Below, piece by piece: positions 28,885 to 38,356 of a stretch of DNA of 64,000 bases. This DNA is from Candidatus Liptonbacteria bacterium (GTDB taxonomy: Bacteria > Patescibacteriota > Minisyncoccia > UBA6257 > 2-01-FULL-56-20), in contig JAHFLL010000001.1 in the NCBI GenBank assembly GCA_023244895.1, positions 681,802 to 745,801 on the forward strand. The letters run 5' to 3'. The notes under the pieces are model-generated. The model worked only from the letters and a program-made list of their open reading frames with translations. It did not search any database and had not been told where the DNA came from. Position 1 is the first letter of the stretch. Each line of letters begins with the position of its first letter. Position numbers and translations under genes: made by a program.

Positions 28885-29496
28885 CTACTTTTTCGCTAGC
28901 GCCACGCCTTTATACATAAAAAGAAGCGGTCTGCGCTTTTGGGGAAAGGTTTCTAGCTCCGTGATTTTGAAACCCGCTTGCGAAATGAGCTGGTCCACTT
29001 CCCTATCTAGATGGCACCCGCCCGACACGTACCCGAAAATGGGCGTCAGCCACTTTTGCCACTTCGCCGTGAGGCGCCCGGGAGATTTTCCGTGCTCAAT
29101 AAAAATAAACTTCCCGCCCGGCTTAAGGACTCGGAAGATTTCTTTAAGCGCGAGCTCGGGGCGAGGAATACTGCACATGCTCCAGGTGGAGACAACGGTA
29201 TCGATCGTATTTTCCGAGAGAGGAATATTCTCCGCCGAAGCCTTGATGTACTCAACCGGAAAGGAGACTTCTTTAATCCTTGTCTCCGCGAGATTGTATA
29301 GCTCTAAGGACGGGTCAAGCGCGTAAAGCTTCAAGATGCCCCGATAGTGCGGAAGATTGAGACCGGAGCCGAAGCCAACCTCTAACACCCTGCCCACGGC
29401 CTGACTCACCACCCCCGGCCGGAGCTTCTCCGTCTCCTCTCTACGCATAGTGGAGTTAAGCAACCGAGGCAGAATGTATTTTTGATAGGGGTTCAT
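28885..29496 (-). CDS. Class I SAM-dependent methyltransferase
   Basis: VLEVGFGSGLN, DTVVSTWSMCSI, VLKPGG. Confidence 0.88.
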   Translation of the reverse strand: MNPYQKYILPRLLNSTMRREETEKLRPGVVSQAVGRVLEVGFGSGLNLPHYRGILKLYALDPSLELYNLAETRIKEVSFPVEYIKASAENIPLSENTIDTVVSTWSMCSIPRPELALKEIFRVLKPGGKFIFIEHGKSPGRLTAKWQKWLTPIFGYVSGGCHLDREVDQLISQAGFKITELETFPQKRRPLLFMYKGVALAKK

Positions 29497-29618
29497 CTTC
29501 TATGATAAAAGTATACGAAAATTAAGAGCTTATTGTAGAGTTCGTCCGGAATGGTTTGAAGTACCTAAGCCGAAGTCAGGTAAAAGAAAGAATATGGTTT
29601 ATTATTCTGTGAAATAAA

Positions 29619-31145
29619 CTACAGATTTTTTACGGTTTGTATCAAGCCTGCAATTGAGTTTTTTAACTCAATATCCGTATAATTAAAACTCTGCATCGTT
29701 TTATTTTCAGGATGATGCGTTTTATTTCTTATGAATGTTGGCAAGGTAACATCTATTTCTCCCTGGGACACTCCTCCGTACTCGGGATTCCACTTTTTAG
29801 TGGCTGCTATTTTTGTTTGTAAATAATCCTTCTCAAACACGGTTTGCTTACCCCTGCTATCGGCATCTGATTGATCAGTGGCCTTACTGATGAAAAGTTC
29901 GTGCAAATAACCATATAGCTCATCGTGAAATTCTATCGTGGGCATATCGTAAGCAAAATAATTAATTTCTCCCCAAGATGGGCTCCAAGAAGGGAAAAGC
30001 CCCCATCCTTTAGATCTTGCATCCTCAATCTTGATCTTATTATTCACGTCTCTAGTAAATAGCAGGAGCGTGGCATTCTGGGAAATGGCGCCCTTAAACA
30101 AATAGGGTGAGTGGGTAGAAACAATTATTTGTTTACTTTTCGATTCTTCAAGTAATAACTCCAACAGCTTTTCTTGTGCTTTGGGGTGAAGATGTAGTTC
30201 TGGTTCGTCAATTAAATAAACAATGCTGCCTTTTGAAGCTCCTGCTATGTTTTTTAGTATCAAAAGAGTCAATATTATCTCTACGCCAGAACCTAAATCC
30301 CTGACATTAATTTGAGACAAGGTATTTTCATCTCGTAAAGCGAAAAAGGCCGCGGAGAAAGGATGTAGAATATTTAAAAGTTCAATTTTAATTTTCTCAA
30401 ATTCGTCTTTTCCAAAAAACTCTTTTAACTCTTTAGTGGTCTTTTGGCTAAAACTCTTATTTGCAATCGCATCAACATTTTTAAAATATTCCCCTGCAAT
30501 ATTCTGAGAAATCATATTTATATTCTCATCTGTTAAATTCTTAACAAATGTCCAATTCAGATCATCACAGATTTTTTCGAAAGTTGTTTTATAGTTTCCA
30601 GTAGTAATTTGTCTTGTCCTATTTTTATCGAAAAAGAATATATTCAGTTCGTCGCTATCGTTGATTCTCGATTTGGAAAATATTTTATCTCTCCCATCAA
30701 TCTCTTTCCCCTGCGAACCATCTCCTTTTATATAATTGGCTTCTGTAATAAAGGAGTTATTTATTTGAAAAGGACTAGATAACAAATTTCCTCTTTCCTT
30801 GGTATCCCTACTCTTGGCCTTAAAAGAAACGCCCTTTGCTTTAAAACTCCAATCCTTATAAAAATCAATTCCCGAACCACAACCGAACTCATCACTCTCA
30901 GCTTCGACAAGTATCTCTTTTTTGAAATCAAAGAAATCGTTAATGCTTAATTTATTTTCCGCGGAAAAACTATTAAGCGTGAGATAATTAACTGCTTCAA
31001 GGACAGTAGTTTTTCCATTTCCATTCTCTCCAATGAGAATATTTAGACCGCTTCCACGATTTCCATTTGGAACATTAAAACTAATCGGTTCATTTTCAAA
31101 ACATCTATAGTTTTGAATCTTTAATTTTTTTATGAATATGGCCAT
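29619..31145 (-). CDS. ABC-type (AAA_15/AAA_21-like) ATPase with putative C-terminal HEPN-like domain; candidate anti-phage protein
   Basis: GENGNGKT, LGSG, LIDEPELHLHP, STHSPY; C-terminal IRNKTHH (R-x4-H); AT-rich. Confidence 0.7.
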   Translation of the reverse strand: MAIFIKKLKIQNYRCFENEPISFNVPNGNRGSGLNILIGENGNGKTTVLEAVNYLTLNSFSAENKLSINDFFDFKKEILVEAESDEFGCGSGIDFYKDWSFKAKGVSFKAKSRDTKERGNLLSSPFQINNSFITEANYIKGDGSQGKEIDGRDKIFSKSRINDSDELNIFFFDKNRTRQITTGNYKTTFEKICDDLNWTFVKNLTDENINMISQNIAGEYFKNVDAIANKSFSQKTTKELKEFFGKDEFEKIKIELLNILHPFSAAFFALRDENTLSQINVRDLGSGVEIILTLLILKNIAGASKGSIVYLIDEPELHLHPKAQEKLLELLLEESKSKQIIVSTHSPYLFKGAISQNATLLLFTRDVNNKIKIEDARSKGWGLFPSWSPSWGEINYFAYDMPTIEFHDELYGYLHELFISKATDQSDADSRGKQTVFEKDYLQTKIAATKKWNPEYGGVSQGEIDVTLPTFIRNKTHHPENKTMQSFNYTDIELKNSIAGLIQTVKNL

Positions 31146-31165
31146 GCATTTAAATAAATTGCAAG

Positions 31166-31663
31166 CTATTTAGCCATTTCGCATTTACCAGAAGATACTA
31201 TCGCTCCCGTTCCGAGTGTCGCGATATCAACAAATTCTCCTTTATCGCCTAAGGCATCTCCAGTGACAACCTTGAACATCATTGCTTGACCTTGCAATGG
31301 AGTAAATTGTGTAAATTCTCCAGAAATGTGTACCTCAACTGGATATGAATCACATCCTTTAGTATCACACCTAAAATAGGTTCCGCTCTCAGTTCCATAA
31401 TCTACGAAATAATAAGTTGCTGGAGTTGAAGCCGTACAACTACCCCCACCACAATCAAACCGACTTGTCGGAAAACAAGAAAGCTCGGCGATATCTGCCA
31501 TTGCGGAATGTTGTGAGGATTCTTCATATGCGATCCTCAATGACTCGGTGGGCGGGATGATTACAGTTGTCGTTTGAACCTTTTCTTTATTTCCAAAAGC
31601 AATATAGGAAAAAATACCCAATAGAATTACAAGCATGCCAATAATTAAATTTTTCTTTTCCAT
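31166..31663 (-). CDS. Membrane-anchored Cys-containing secreted protein
   Basis: N-terminal TM segment; six Cys residues; AT-rich. Confidence 0.65.
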   Translation of the reverse strand: MEKKNLIIGMLVILLGIFSYIAFGNKEKVQTTTVIIPPTESLRIAYEESSQHSAMADIAELSCFPTSRFDCGGGSCTASTPATYYFVDYGTESGTYFRCDTKGCDSYPVEVHISGEFTQFTPLQGQAMMFKVVTGDALGDKGEFVDIATLGTGAIVSSGKCEMAK

Positions 31664-31708
31664 ATGTTTGAAAATGTCCTTATTTACTTGGGTTCGAACT
31701 TGGAAATC

Positions 31709-31723
31709 TGGCGGAGAGGAAGG
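31709..31723 (-). mobile_element. att-like duplicate of the tRNA-Ser 3' end
   Basis: TGGCGGAGAGGAAGG versus tRNA end GCGGAGAGGGAGG (12/13 match); this copy ends in CCA on the - strand. Confidence 0.6.
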
Positions 31724-31907
31724 ACGCTAAGCTATTCGAACGCACTCCAGTTCCTATTGTAGCCCCGCCGGATTGTTTGGCAAATATGGGGTCATTAAGG
31801 ATTATAGCCCTCTTTCGCTTTTCTAGTTTATGTAGCAATAAATTGTATCCTTTGCGTGAACCTTTTTGAGACGAACTGACACGCCCGGACATAATTTTCT
31901 GCGACGA

Positions 31908-34900
31908 TTATTCTAATTTCAACATCTCCTTTATCTCTAGCACGCACCGCGCCAAATCGTTTTGGAGTTGGTACACCCAAAATCGTTTGACTCGCCATCC
32001 GTGCATGATGAGATGCTGGTCTCGCTTCAAATCCGACAGTAAGCGGCCTCCGTCAATGTCGCGATGCCACATCTCACCGTCAATCTCAATATCAATCGGG
32101 ATTTCCGAATCAAGGACGGCGAGATCAAGGCGATATTGATATAGCGGGTACTGCGAGACGGTTCTGATACCTTCCCGCGCGAGGGCGTCATACAAAACTT
32201 CCTCCCATGGTGACTCAAATTTTCCTCCACTCTTGTTTTTGTTTTCCGGCTCCAGCTCCTCGACATACTGCACGAACTCTGAAAGGTGCGAGATGCCGGA
32301 TTGGGCGCAAGCTACCCTGTCGCCGACAATGTGCAACTCCGCCCTTGCACGGGTAATCGCGACATTAAACAGGTTTACCGTGCTCCCTAAAAATCCTAGT
32401 GAGCGTTGTTGAATTTTACGCGACACAACCGGAGAGAAAATCATTATGTCGCGTTCGTCTCCTTGATATTTATGCGCGGTATCAACCGTAAAATCCAGCT
32501 TCCGCAACTCCGCCGCGTCTATTTTTTGTTCTACCAAATCTCTGATTTTATTCGCTTGCTCTCGAAACGGCGTAACGACGCCAAGTGATACAGAGTAGTC
32601 GTCGCCGTGGGCGGAAATCCTGCCGATGATTTCTCCAATCAATACAACAATCGCCTTCGCCTCTTCCAGATTGTATGCGCTTCCGGCAGATGGCCGGACA
32701 ACCTCACCGACGACATTGTGCCATGTGAGAGCGTCGGGGTGTCCCGCACCGCGCAATCTACGATAATCCGTCCAGACGCTCAACTTGCCACCATAAAATT
32801 TCTTATTGGAAAAACCGATAATTTCGGCGCGGCTGCGGTAGTGTTCGAGCAAGTGAATGAATTTTGCCCCGGTTCCCACAACGCTTCGTGCAAGCTCAAA
32901 GAGCGAGTTTATGCTGTAAAGAAAACGTTGGTCGTCGGTTGAGGTTAGACTAATCTGCCGTTGTAACTGTTGATCGTCCACCCGATGCAAAAGCGAGATG
33001 TGCGTAAGCTGATTTGGATCGCCAACAATAACGGCTCGTTTCGCGCGATAAAGTAGTGGAATCGCGGACGCGATGTCGCACTGGGAGGCTTCATCAATAA
33101 TCACAACATCAACGGCTCCTGCGCTCAACGGAAGCGCATGACGGACAGATAGATTTGTAACTGCCATCGCCGGAAACGCTTTTACTACGCTCTTAAACAT
33201 TCTCTTGCGCTCATTTCTCAGTTCCTCCGCGAGCTCACCTCCTGTTACGTCGCCCTCCAGTCGGCGCACGATACTCACATAATCCGCAATATCGCGTCGT
33301 TCCTTGGGGCCGAGCGATTTTAAGCGACGTTTCATTAGCGCATCAACATATCTAACGCTAATGTCTATCGCGCGTTCTTTACTTTTTGTGATTCGCTCCC
33401 GTAAAACCTCTACTCGCGCTTCATTCTCGTTCTCTCGCACAATTCCCAAAAGCTCCGATTGATTATCAATCCATTTTTTTAATGCACGGCAAATCGTCAA
33501 AAGCTCGCGACAGGCATGGATAGAATTAAGCGAGAGGGGGATATCTTCAATCGGCGCAAGCGCGAGTAAAGATTTTGCCGTTTCTAAAACTCGCTTTTCC
33601 AGCGTGGAACCAAAAAACGCGAGAATGCGCGAGATAAAACTAGGCCCTTCGTCAACTTCTTTTACCAAACGACTCAACGAAATAAGAGAGGCATAAAACT
33701 CCTGTTTCCCCTCGATTTTTTGGTACGAATCGAGATTGCGAGAAATTGACGAGGGCAATTCCGCTCTAACAGATTCAAGCGTGACATCAAGACGACTTAT
33801 TCGATTCCTGCGGGCAAGGATGCGGAACAGCGATTGCTGTGCCTCTTTTTCTTCTGAGCGCACTAATTCAAGTTCCTTTTTGTACTCGCTGATTTCTCGC
33901 TCTAATGACTGGTTGTTGTAGCTTGAGGCACGTTCAATCGCCGACAAGAGCGCTTCCGCAAATTCAATCTCGCGTTCTTTCTGTCCGTATTTCAGAATGA
34001 CCGGCTCGGACTGAAGCCTCAATAATCGTTCGATAACAACATCAACCGCTTTGTGATTTTTACTTCCGAACAAGACGCTTTCATTACGAAGTAGTGCGTT
34101 AGCAATAATATTGAGAACAATTTGCGACTTTCCGGTTCCGGGCGGGCCGGTAATGACGCTAACCGTGTTGTTAAAAGCACTTTTTACCGCGCCTCGCTGT
34201 TCGTCATTCAATCCGGTTATTTCCAGCAATCCTTCACCATTATCCTCTTTAACTTCTGCGTTTCTATCAAGAATTACGCGCCATACATCATTAGGAACGG
34301 TCGTGTCTCGTAATTCGCTCAATTCTTGTTCTAGCCCACCAGTATATTTTGAATCTGCGCTCCGAAAAATAACGCCGAGAGGGAAAACGCCGCTCTCTGC
34401 TTTTAGTTCCGTTGTCTTTCCGCCAAGAATATCTTTTGAGAACGGAACCTCTTGTGGTAGAAGTTCGGCGAACGCACCCAAAATAATTTTGAGGTTCTGC
34501 CCCCTGTTTTTTTCATCGTCCCACGACTCTAAAACTGCTTCGGCTATTTGCTTTCTTTCCTCAACGCTCGTTAATAAACTTTTGTCTGTAAGAAAAGCAG
34601 AGTTGATTCTCGGTCTATCCGATTGCAAAATGAAAGCGTATCCGGTTTCTGTTTGAATAAGATCTATTCCAAAAATTAGAATGGGTTGAATGATCTGACC
34701 CGACCATCCTCGCCGCGATTGTCCAATTTGTTTTATGTGGCAAGGAAAGCCGTAGAAATACGAAAGCGGACTGCGACTCCATCGGGGACCACTGATGAAC
34801 GCTTGGATTTTTTCATTCTGCCCCTCAAATTCTAGCTTTTCTTTGCCGGACGCAATCCATTCTTTTTTCATCGTAGGCACCTGTAAAAACTCCACCCCCT

Positions 34901-35096
34901 CTTTTGACGAGTAGAGCGTAATTTCTCCGGCGTTCTCAACAGAAATGCACGAACCGTAATACTTGAGAAGTTTTTGCCAGCGCAAAGATGTCGGGTCGGT
35001 ATGAACCACCGGAGCTTCGTTTTCCGTTTTTCGCGCGATTGTCGTTCGCCTATATCCGCTCCGACCTCTGTATTTGTTGCGATAGTAGATTGCCAT
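31908..35096 (-). CDS. SF1 (Upf1/DNA2-like) helicase fused to C-terminal DUF559/Vsr-like nuclease; candidate defence gene
   Basis: GPPGTGKS, IIDEASQ, VGDPNQL, EHYRS, TAHKYQGDERD, NVAITRAR; FESPWE...YRLDLAV..IEIDGEMWH. Confidence 0.85.
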   Translation of the reverse strand: MAIYYRNKYRGRSGYRRTTIARKTENEAPVVHTDPTSLRWQKLLKYYGSCISVENAGEITLYSSKEGVEFLQVPTMKKEWIASGKEKLEFEGQNEKIQAFISGPRWSRSPLSYFYGFPCHIKQIGQSRRGWSGQIIQPILIFGIDLIQTETGYAFILQSDRPRINSAFLTDKSLLTSVEERKQIAEAVLESWDDEKNRGQNLKIILGAFAELLPQEVPFSKDILGGKTTELKAESGVFPLGVIFRSADSKYTGGLEQELSELRDTTVPNDVWRVILDRNAEVKEDNGEGLLEITGLNDEQRGAVKSAFNNTVSVITGPPGTGKSQIVLNIIANALLRNESVLFGSKNHKAVDVVIERLLRLQSEPVILKYGQKEREIEFAEALLSAIERASSYNNQSLEREISEYKKELELVRSEEKEAQQSLFRILARRNRISRLDVTLESVRAELPSSISRNLDSYQKIEGKQEFYASLISLSRLVKEVDEGPSFISRILAFFGSTLEKRVLETAKSLLALAPIEDIPLSLNSIHACRELLTICRALKKWIDNQSELLGIVRENENEARVEVLRERITKSKERAIDISVRYVDALMKRRLKSLGPKERRDIADYVSIVRRLEGDVTGGELAEELRNERKRMFKSVVKAFPAMAVTNLSVRHALPLSAGAVDVVIIDEASQCDIASAIPLLYRAKRAVIVGDPNQLTHISLLHRVDDQQLQRQISLTSTDDQRFLYSINSLFELARSVVGTGAKFIHLLEHYRSRAEIIGFSNKKFYGGKLSVWTDYRRLRGAGHPDALTWHNVVGEVVRPSAGSAYNLEEAKAIVVLIGEIIGRISAHGDDYSVSLGVVTPFREQANKIRDLVEQKIDAAELRKLDFTVDTAHKYQGDERDIMIFSPVVSRKIQQRSLGFLGSTVNLFNVAITRARAELHIVGDRVACAQSGISHLSEFVQYVEELEPENKNKSGGKFESPWEEVLYDALAREGIRTVSQYPLYQYRLDLAVLDSEIPIDIEIDGEMWHRDIDGGRLLSDLKRDQHLIMHGWRVKRFWVYQLQNDLARCVLEIKEMLKLE

Positions 35097-35121
35097 AATT
35101 ACGAGCGAAAGTTCCTATTAG

Positions 35122-35208
35122 CGGAGAGGGAGGGAGTCGAACCCTCGAAGCCGGTTAAGGCTTACGCGCTTTCCAAGCGCGCGCACTAGGCCACTATGCG
35201 ACCTCTCC
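35122..35208 (-). tRNA. tRNA-Ser(GGA), CCA not encoded
   Basis: GGAGAGGTCGCATAGTGGCCTAGTGCGCGCGCTTGGAAAGCGCGT...GAGGGTTCGACTCCCTCCCTCTCCG with long variable arm. Confidence 0.95.
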
Positions 35209-35229
35209 TTTAACTCGCCCATCTTAACC

Positions 35230-35811
35230 CTAAAGCCCGATATTTTCAATCCTGGAAATTATCTCCGCCTCCTCTTCGCACCAGGGAGAATACGTGCCGG
35301 GCTTATTCCTTATTTCCTCCAAAAACTCCTGCCAGGGCACAGAGCGCACCGCCTCCACCTCCTCCGGATTGATAATCGGCTCTTGGTCCGAGAACCCGAT
35401 AAATATCGGGCAGATTTCATTTTCCATTACCCCATCTTTGGTAAAGCAGTAGCGATAAGGCGCTACTTCCTTCACTTCTATGCCCGTAAGTCCCAGCTCG
35501 TCTTTTAGTCTCCTTTTGACCGCCTCCCCTCTATCTTCCCCGGGCGAGGGATGCCCGCAACAACTATTGGACCAGACTAAGGGCCAGGTTTTCTTTTTAG
35601 AACTTCTTTGCTGGAGCAATAATTCTTTCTTGGAGTTAAATAGAAAAAAGGAAAAGGCGCGATGAAGGGGCGTCTGCACCCCGTGCACTAATGCCTTAGG
35701 CATAGTGCCAATTTCCCTATCATCCTCATCCACCAGAACGACCGACTCTGCCATTGTGTCGTCTGCCAGGTCCCCATTTTTACCGGGTGACTCCATTGCG
35801 CGTTGTTCCAT
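35230..35811 (-). CDS. idi: Isopentenyl-diphosphate delta-isomerase type 1 (Nudix fold)
   Basis: LHRAFSFFLFN, WSNSCCGHP, ENEICP, YSPW; true start may be slightly downstream. Confidence 0.92.
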   Translation of the reverse strand: MEQRAMESPGKNGDLADDTMAESVVLVDEDDREIGTMPKALVHGVQTPLHRAFSFFLFNSKKELLLQQRSSKKKTWPLVWSNSCCGHPSPGEDRGEAVKRRLKDELGLTGIEVKEVAPYRYCFTKDGVMENEICPIFIGFSDQEPIINPEEVEAVRSVPWQEFLEEIRNKPGTYSPWCEEEAEIISRIENIGL

Positions 35812-35962
35812 GTTTTAAATATAACTCTACTTATGACGGTTGCAAATTAAGTACCCCTGCTTCTAGGACGCGATATTCTCCACAAGGAGGCATGCTGCCA
35901 AATTGTGTATAATATAATTATCAAACAAAGGCCGAACAATATTGTTCAGTTATTATTTACCC

Positions 35963-36244
35963 ATGGGAATTTTAGACGACGCAGTTAATTCCGTTAAAAA
36001 CAGCTTGAAATGGAAGGCTCAAGGCGCGATAAATAGCGGGGTAGAAAAGGGCATCGGTTCCGTGATCTCACGATTCAAAAACAAATGTCCAAAATGCGGC
36101 AAGGCAGTGACGGAAGAGGGCGCGAAATTCTGCCCCAATTGCAGTGCCAACCTAGTTCTTACCTGCAGTAACCCGAACTGTCAGCGCATCTCTCCTATCG
36201 GCACAAAGTTTTGTCCCGCTTGCGGAGGAAAATTAAAGGCCTAA
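35963..36244 (+). CDS. Double zinc-ribbon protein
   Basis: CPKC...FCPNC...CSNPNC...FCPAC. Confidence 0.8.
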   Translation: MGILDDAVNSVKNSLKWKAQGAINSGVEKGIGSVISRFKNKCPKCGKAVTEEGAKFCPNCSANLVLTCSNPNCQRISPIGTKFCPACGGKLKA

Positions 36245-36309
36245 AGAACTCGGACGGGGGGTTCAAATAAAATGCCAAGTAGACATAATTTGAGCGCATA
36301 CACTCTAAA

Positions 36310-36552
36310 ATGAATAAAGATGAGTTAGAAAAAACATTAGATAAAATAAGACCTACAATTACCCCTTTTGGCTGTAAGTTGAGCGTTGACAGCATAGATG
36401 GCGACGAGATCAAATTGAAGATGGACTGTCCGCCCCTTGACATGTTCAAGGTGCAGGGCAAGACGGTTAGCATGCAAGACGAGTTTAAAAAGAAAATTAT
36501 AGATCGCATTCAAACCGGCTACGCAAGCGCAAAAGTGACATTTATCCAATAA
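36310..36552 (+). CDS. NifU C-terminal-like small protein
   Basis: LEKTLDKIRP...GCKLSVDSIDGDEIKLKM pattern; lacks the canonical CxxC. Confidence 0.55.
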   Translation: MNKDELEKTLDKIRPTITPFGCKLSVDSIDGDEIKLKMDCPPLDMFKVQGKTVSMQDEFKKKIIDRIQTGYASAKVTFIQ

Positions 36553-36556
36553 AACC

Positions 36557-37618
36557 ATGAATCTAAAAAGTTTGAGGTTTAATCTGCCCCCTAGTTGGCG
36601 GGAGATTTCCCGTTCCGGCAATGAAAACCAGCTGGTTTTAAGGTTGTACCACATAAATCCCGTTTCCCAGGTTGATTCCAAAATTTTCCAGGACCAACTG
36701 ATTTCTTCTAGTGACACATCCTCTGTTTCTAAAATAGCGGTTTCTACACCATCTGGAGTGGGTGGTTCTTATGCGGATTTCTTTAAGGGCATGCAAGGAT
36801 TCATAGATAGTGGCTTCGCGCCCGCTCATATGACCTCCAGCTGGTTGAATGATTTTCGCACCAAGGCAACTAAAAGACCCGGGGCGGAGGTGCCGGATGA
36901 ATCTGACCTGACCGGAGACCTCTCTATCGTGCAGAGCAAAACCAAGGACATTGCCGAACAGGTTTTCCAGGGTTATGCCTCCTTCCCGCTCGGCCCCTTC
37001 GGCGGACCGATCCCGGGCGGCCCGGTTTCTAATGGAAAAGCTATGAACTTTATGGATTTGATGGAAAGCGATGCCTTAAAGTCGGTTGTTTCCAAGGAAC
37101 AGCTGGCTCAGATGAATCTGCTGTCAAAAGAGATGAAAAAACAACTGCCCAAAATCCAAGCGGAAGCTAAAAAAACCGGAATGAAATATAGAGAAGAAAA
37201 ATATTTAGGCTACCGGGCTATTTTTTGCGACATGCCCAATCCCAACCCCCCGCCCAAGCCGCCCAGCCCGATTCCCAAGGGTAAGTTTCAAGGCGGAGGC
37301 AGTCGTGGCAACAACGTCACCATTCCCCTACCTAAAGCATCAACCCCCTACTCCAAAACCATAAGCACTTGCCAAGCGGTTATTGTTAAAAATTTCGTGG
37401 TCACGGGCGGCTTACTGGCAGCAGCCTCCTTTCTGCCTCCCGGGAAGACTCCCTGCTACTCGCTCAAAAAAACGGAAAAAAGGACTGAAACTGTGGAGGG
37501 CATAAAGTCAACTTACATCATCGCCTCCGCGAGCACTTACGCGCAAGAAGGATACTTGAATAGAGAGGAAGTGGAAAAGGCGCTGAGTTGTGTTTTCTCT
37601 AAACTAAAAAGTCAGTAG
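36557..37618 (+). CDS. Hypothetical protein
   Basis: 353-aa ORF co-oriented and adjacent to the previous genes. Confidence 0.65.
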   Translation: MNLKSLRFNLPPSWREISRSGNENQLVLRLYHINPVSQVDSKIFQDQLISSSDTSSVSKIAVSTPSGVGGSYADFFKGMQGFIDSGFAPAHMTSSWLNDFRTKATKRPGAEVPDESDLTGDLSIVQSKTKDIAEQVFQGYASFPLGPFGGPIPGGPVSNGKAMNFMDLMESDALKSVVSKEQLAQMNLLSKEMKKQLPKIQAEAKKTGMKYREEKYLGYRAIFCDMPNPNPPPKPPSPIPKGKFQGGGSRGNNVTIPLPKASTPYSKTISTCQAVIVKNFVVTGGLLAAASFLPPGKTPCYSLKKTEKRTETVEGIKSTYIIASASTYAQEGYLNREEVEKALSCVFSKLKSQ

Positions 37619-37663
37619 CGCGAATAAGCGCAAGCCCCTCTCAGTCTGGGCCTCCTGGCGAAA

Positions 37664-38356
37664 TTAGCTAACTACTGTCCCCCTAAATTCTCGGCCCTTC
37701 ACTAATTTTTCAAAATTATCCAATTCCCGACCATCTATCACTATCGCGTTTATCTTTGCGCGCATAGCGAGCTTGGTTGCTACCGGATCTACCGGAGCAT
37801 GCATACCCGGATTCCACTTTGTCGGGATAAGCTTGCGGTATTCCTTCCAGCTCATTCCCTCAAATTTTTTGGCTTTGGGGTTTTTGACCGGATCGCTTGA
37901 ATACACAAAGTCCGGCTTGCCCGCTACTATCACTTCTTTTATTTTAAGCTTTTCCGCCATCGCAAAAGCGATATAATCCGTGGACCAGCCCGGATGCCAG
38001 CCGGAAGCGACGGTTATTTTGTATTTTAGTTTTTTGACCTTGTCCGCGCCATCCACCACCACCGGGTCCGCCACGTCCCGAAAAACGGTGCGAATAAGAT
38101 GAGCGTTCAACCTGGTCGCGTGAATACCCAGCCAATCTTTATCTTCGTTGGTAACCTTGGTGAGCGCGCTCGCCGCTTTCTGGTACTCGCGCGCGACTCC
38201 CCCGCCGCCTATAACCACCACTATCTTTTTGCCCGAACGTATCAGGGGTTTTATAAATTTCTGAAATCTCCTTAAAAACTCCACATTCACTCCATCCGGA
38301 CAGACTATTGAGCCACCCAGGCCAATTATTATTTCCGAACCAAATTTATATCTCAT
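37664..38356 (-). CDS. pyrH: Uridylate kinase, archaeal-type
   Basis: LGGSI, VIGGGGVAREY, DWLGIHATRLNA, GWHPGWSTD, DPVA. Confidence 0.88.
   Translation of the reverse strand: MRYKFGSEIIIGLGGSIVCPDGVNVEFLRRFQKFIKPLIRSGKKIVVVIGGGGVAREYQKAASALTKVTNEDKDWLGIHATRLNAHLIRTVFRDVADPVVVDGADKVKKLKYKITVASGWHPGWSTDYIAFAMAEKLKIKEVIVAGKPDFVYSSDPVKNPKAKKFEGMSWKEYRKLIPTKWNPGMHAPVDPVATKLAMRAKINAIVIDGRELDNFEKLVKGREFRGTVVS

Noticed and set aside
31680-31892. 70-aa ORF spanning the att-like site
   Set aside because: No recognisable domain; it reads through a tRNA-end remnant and is probably spurious.
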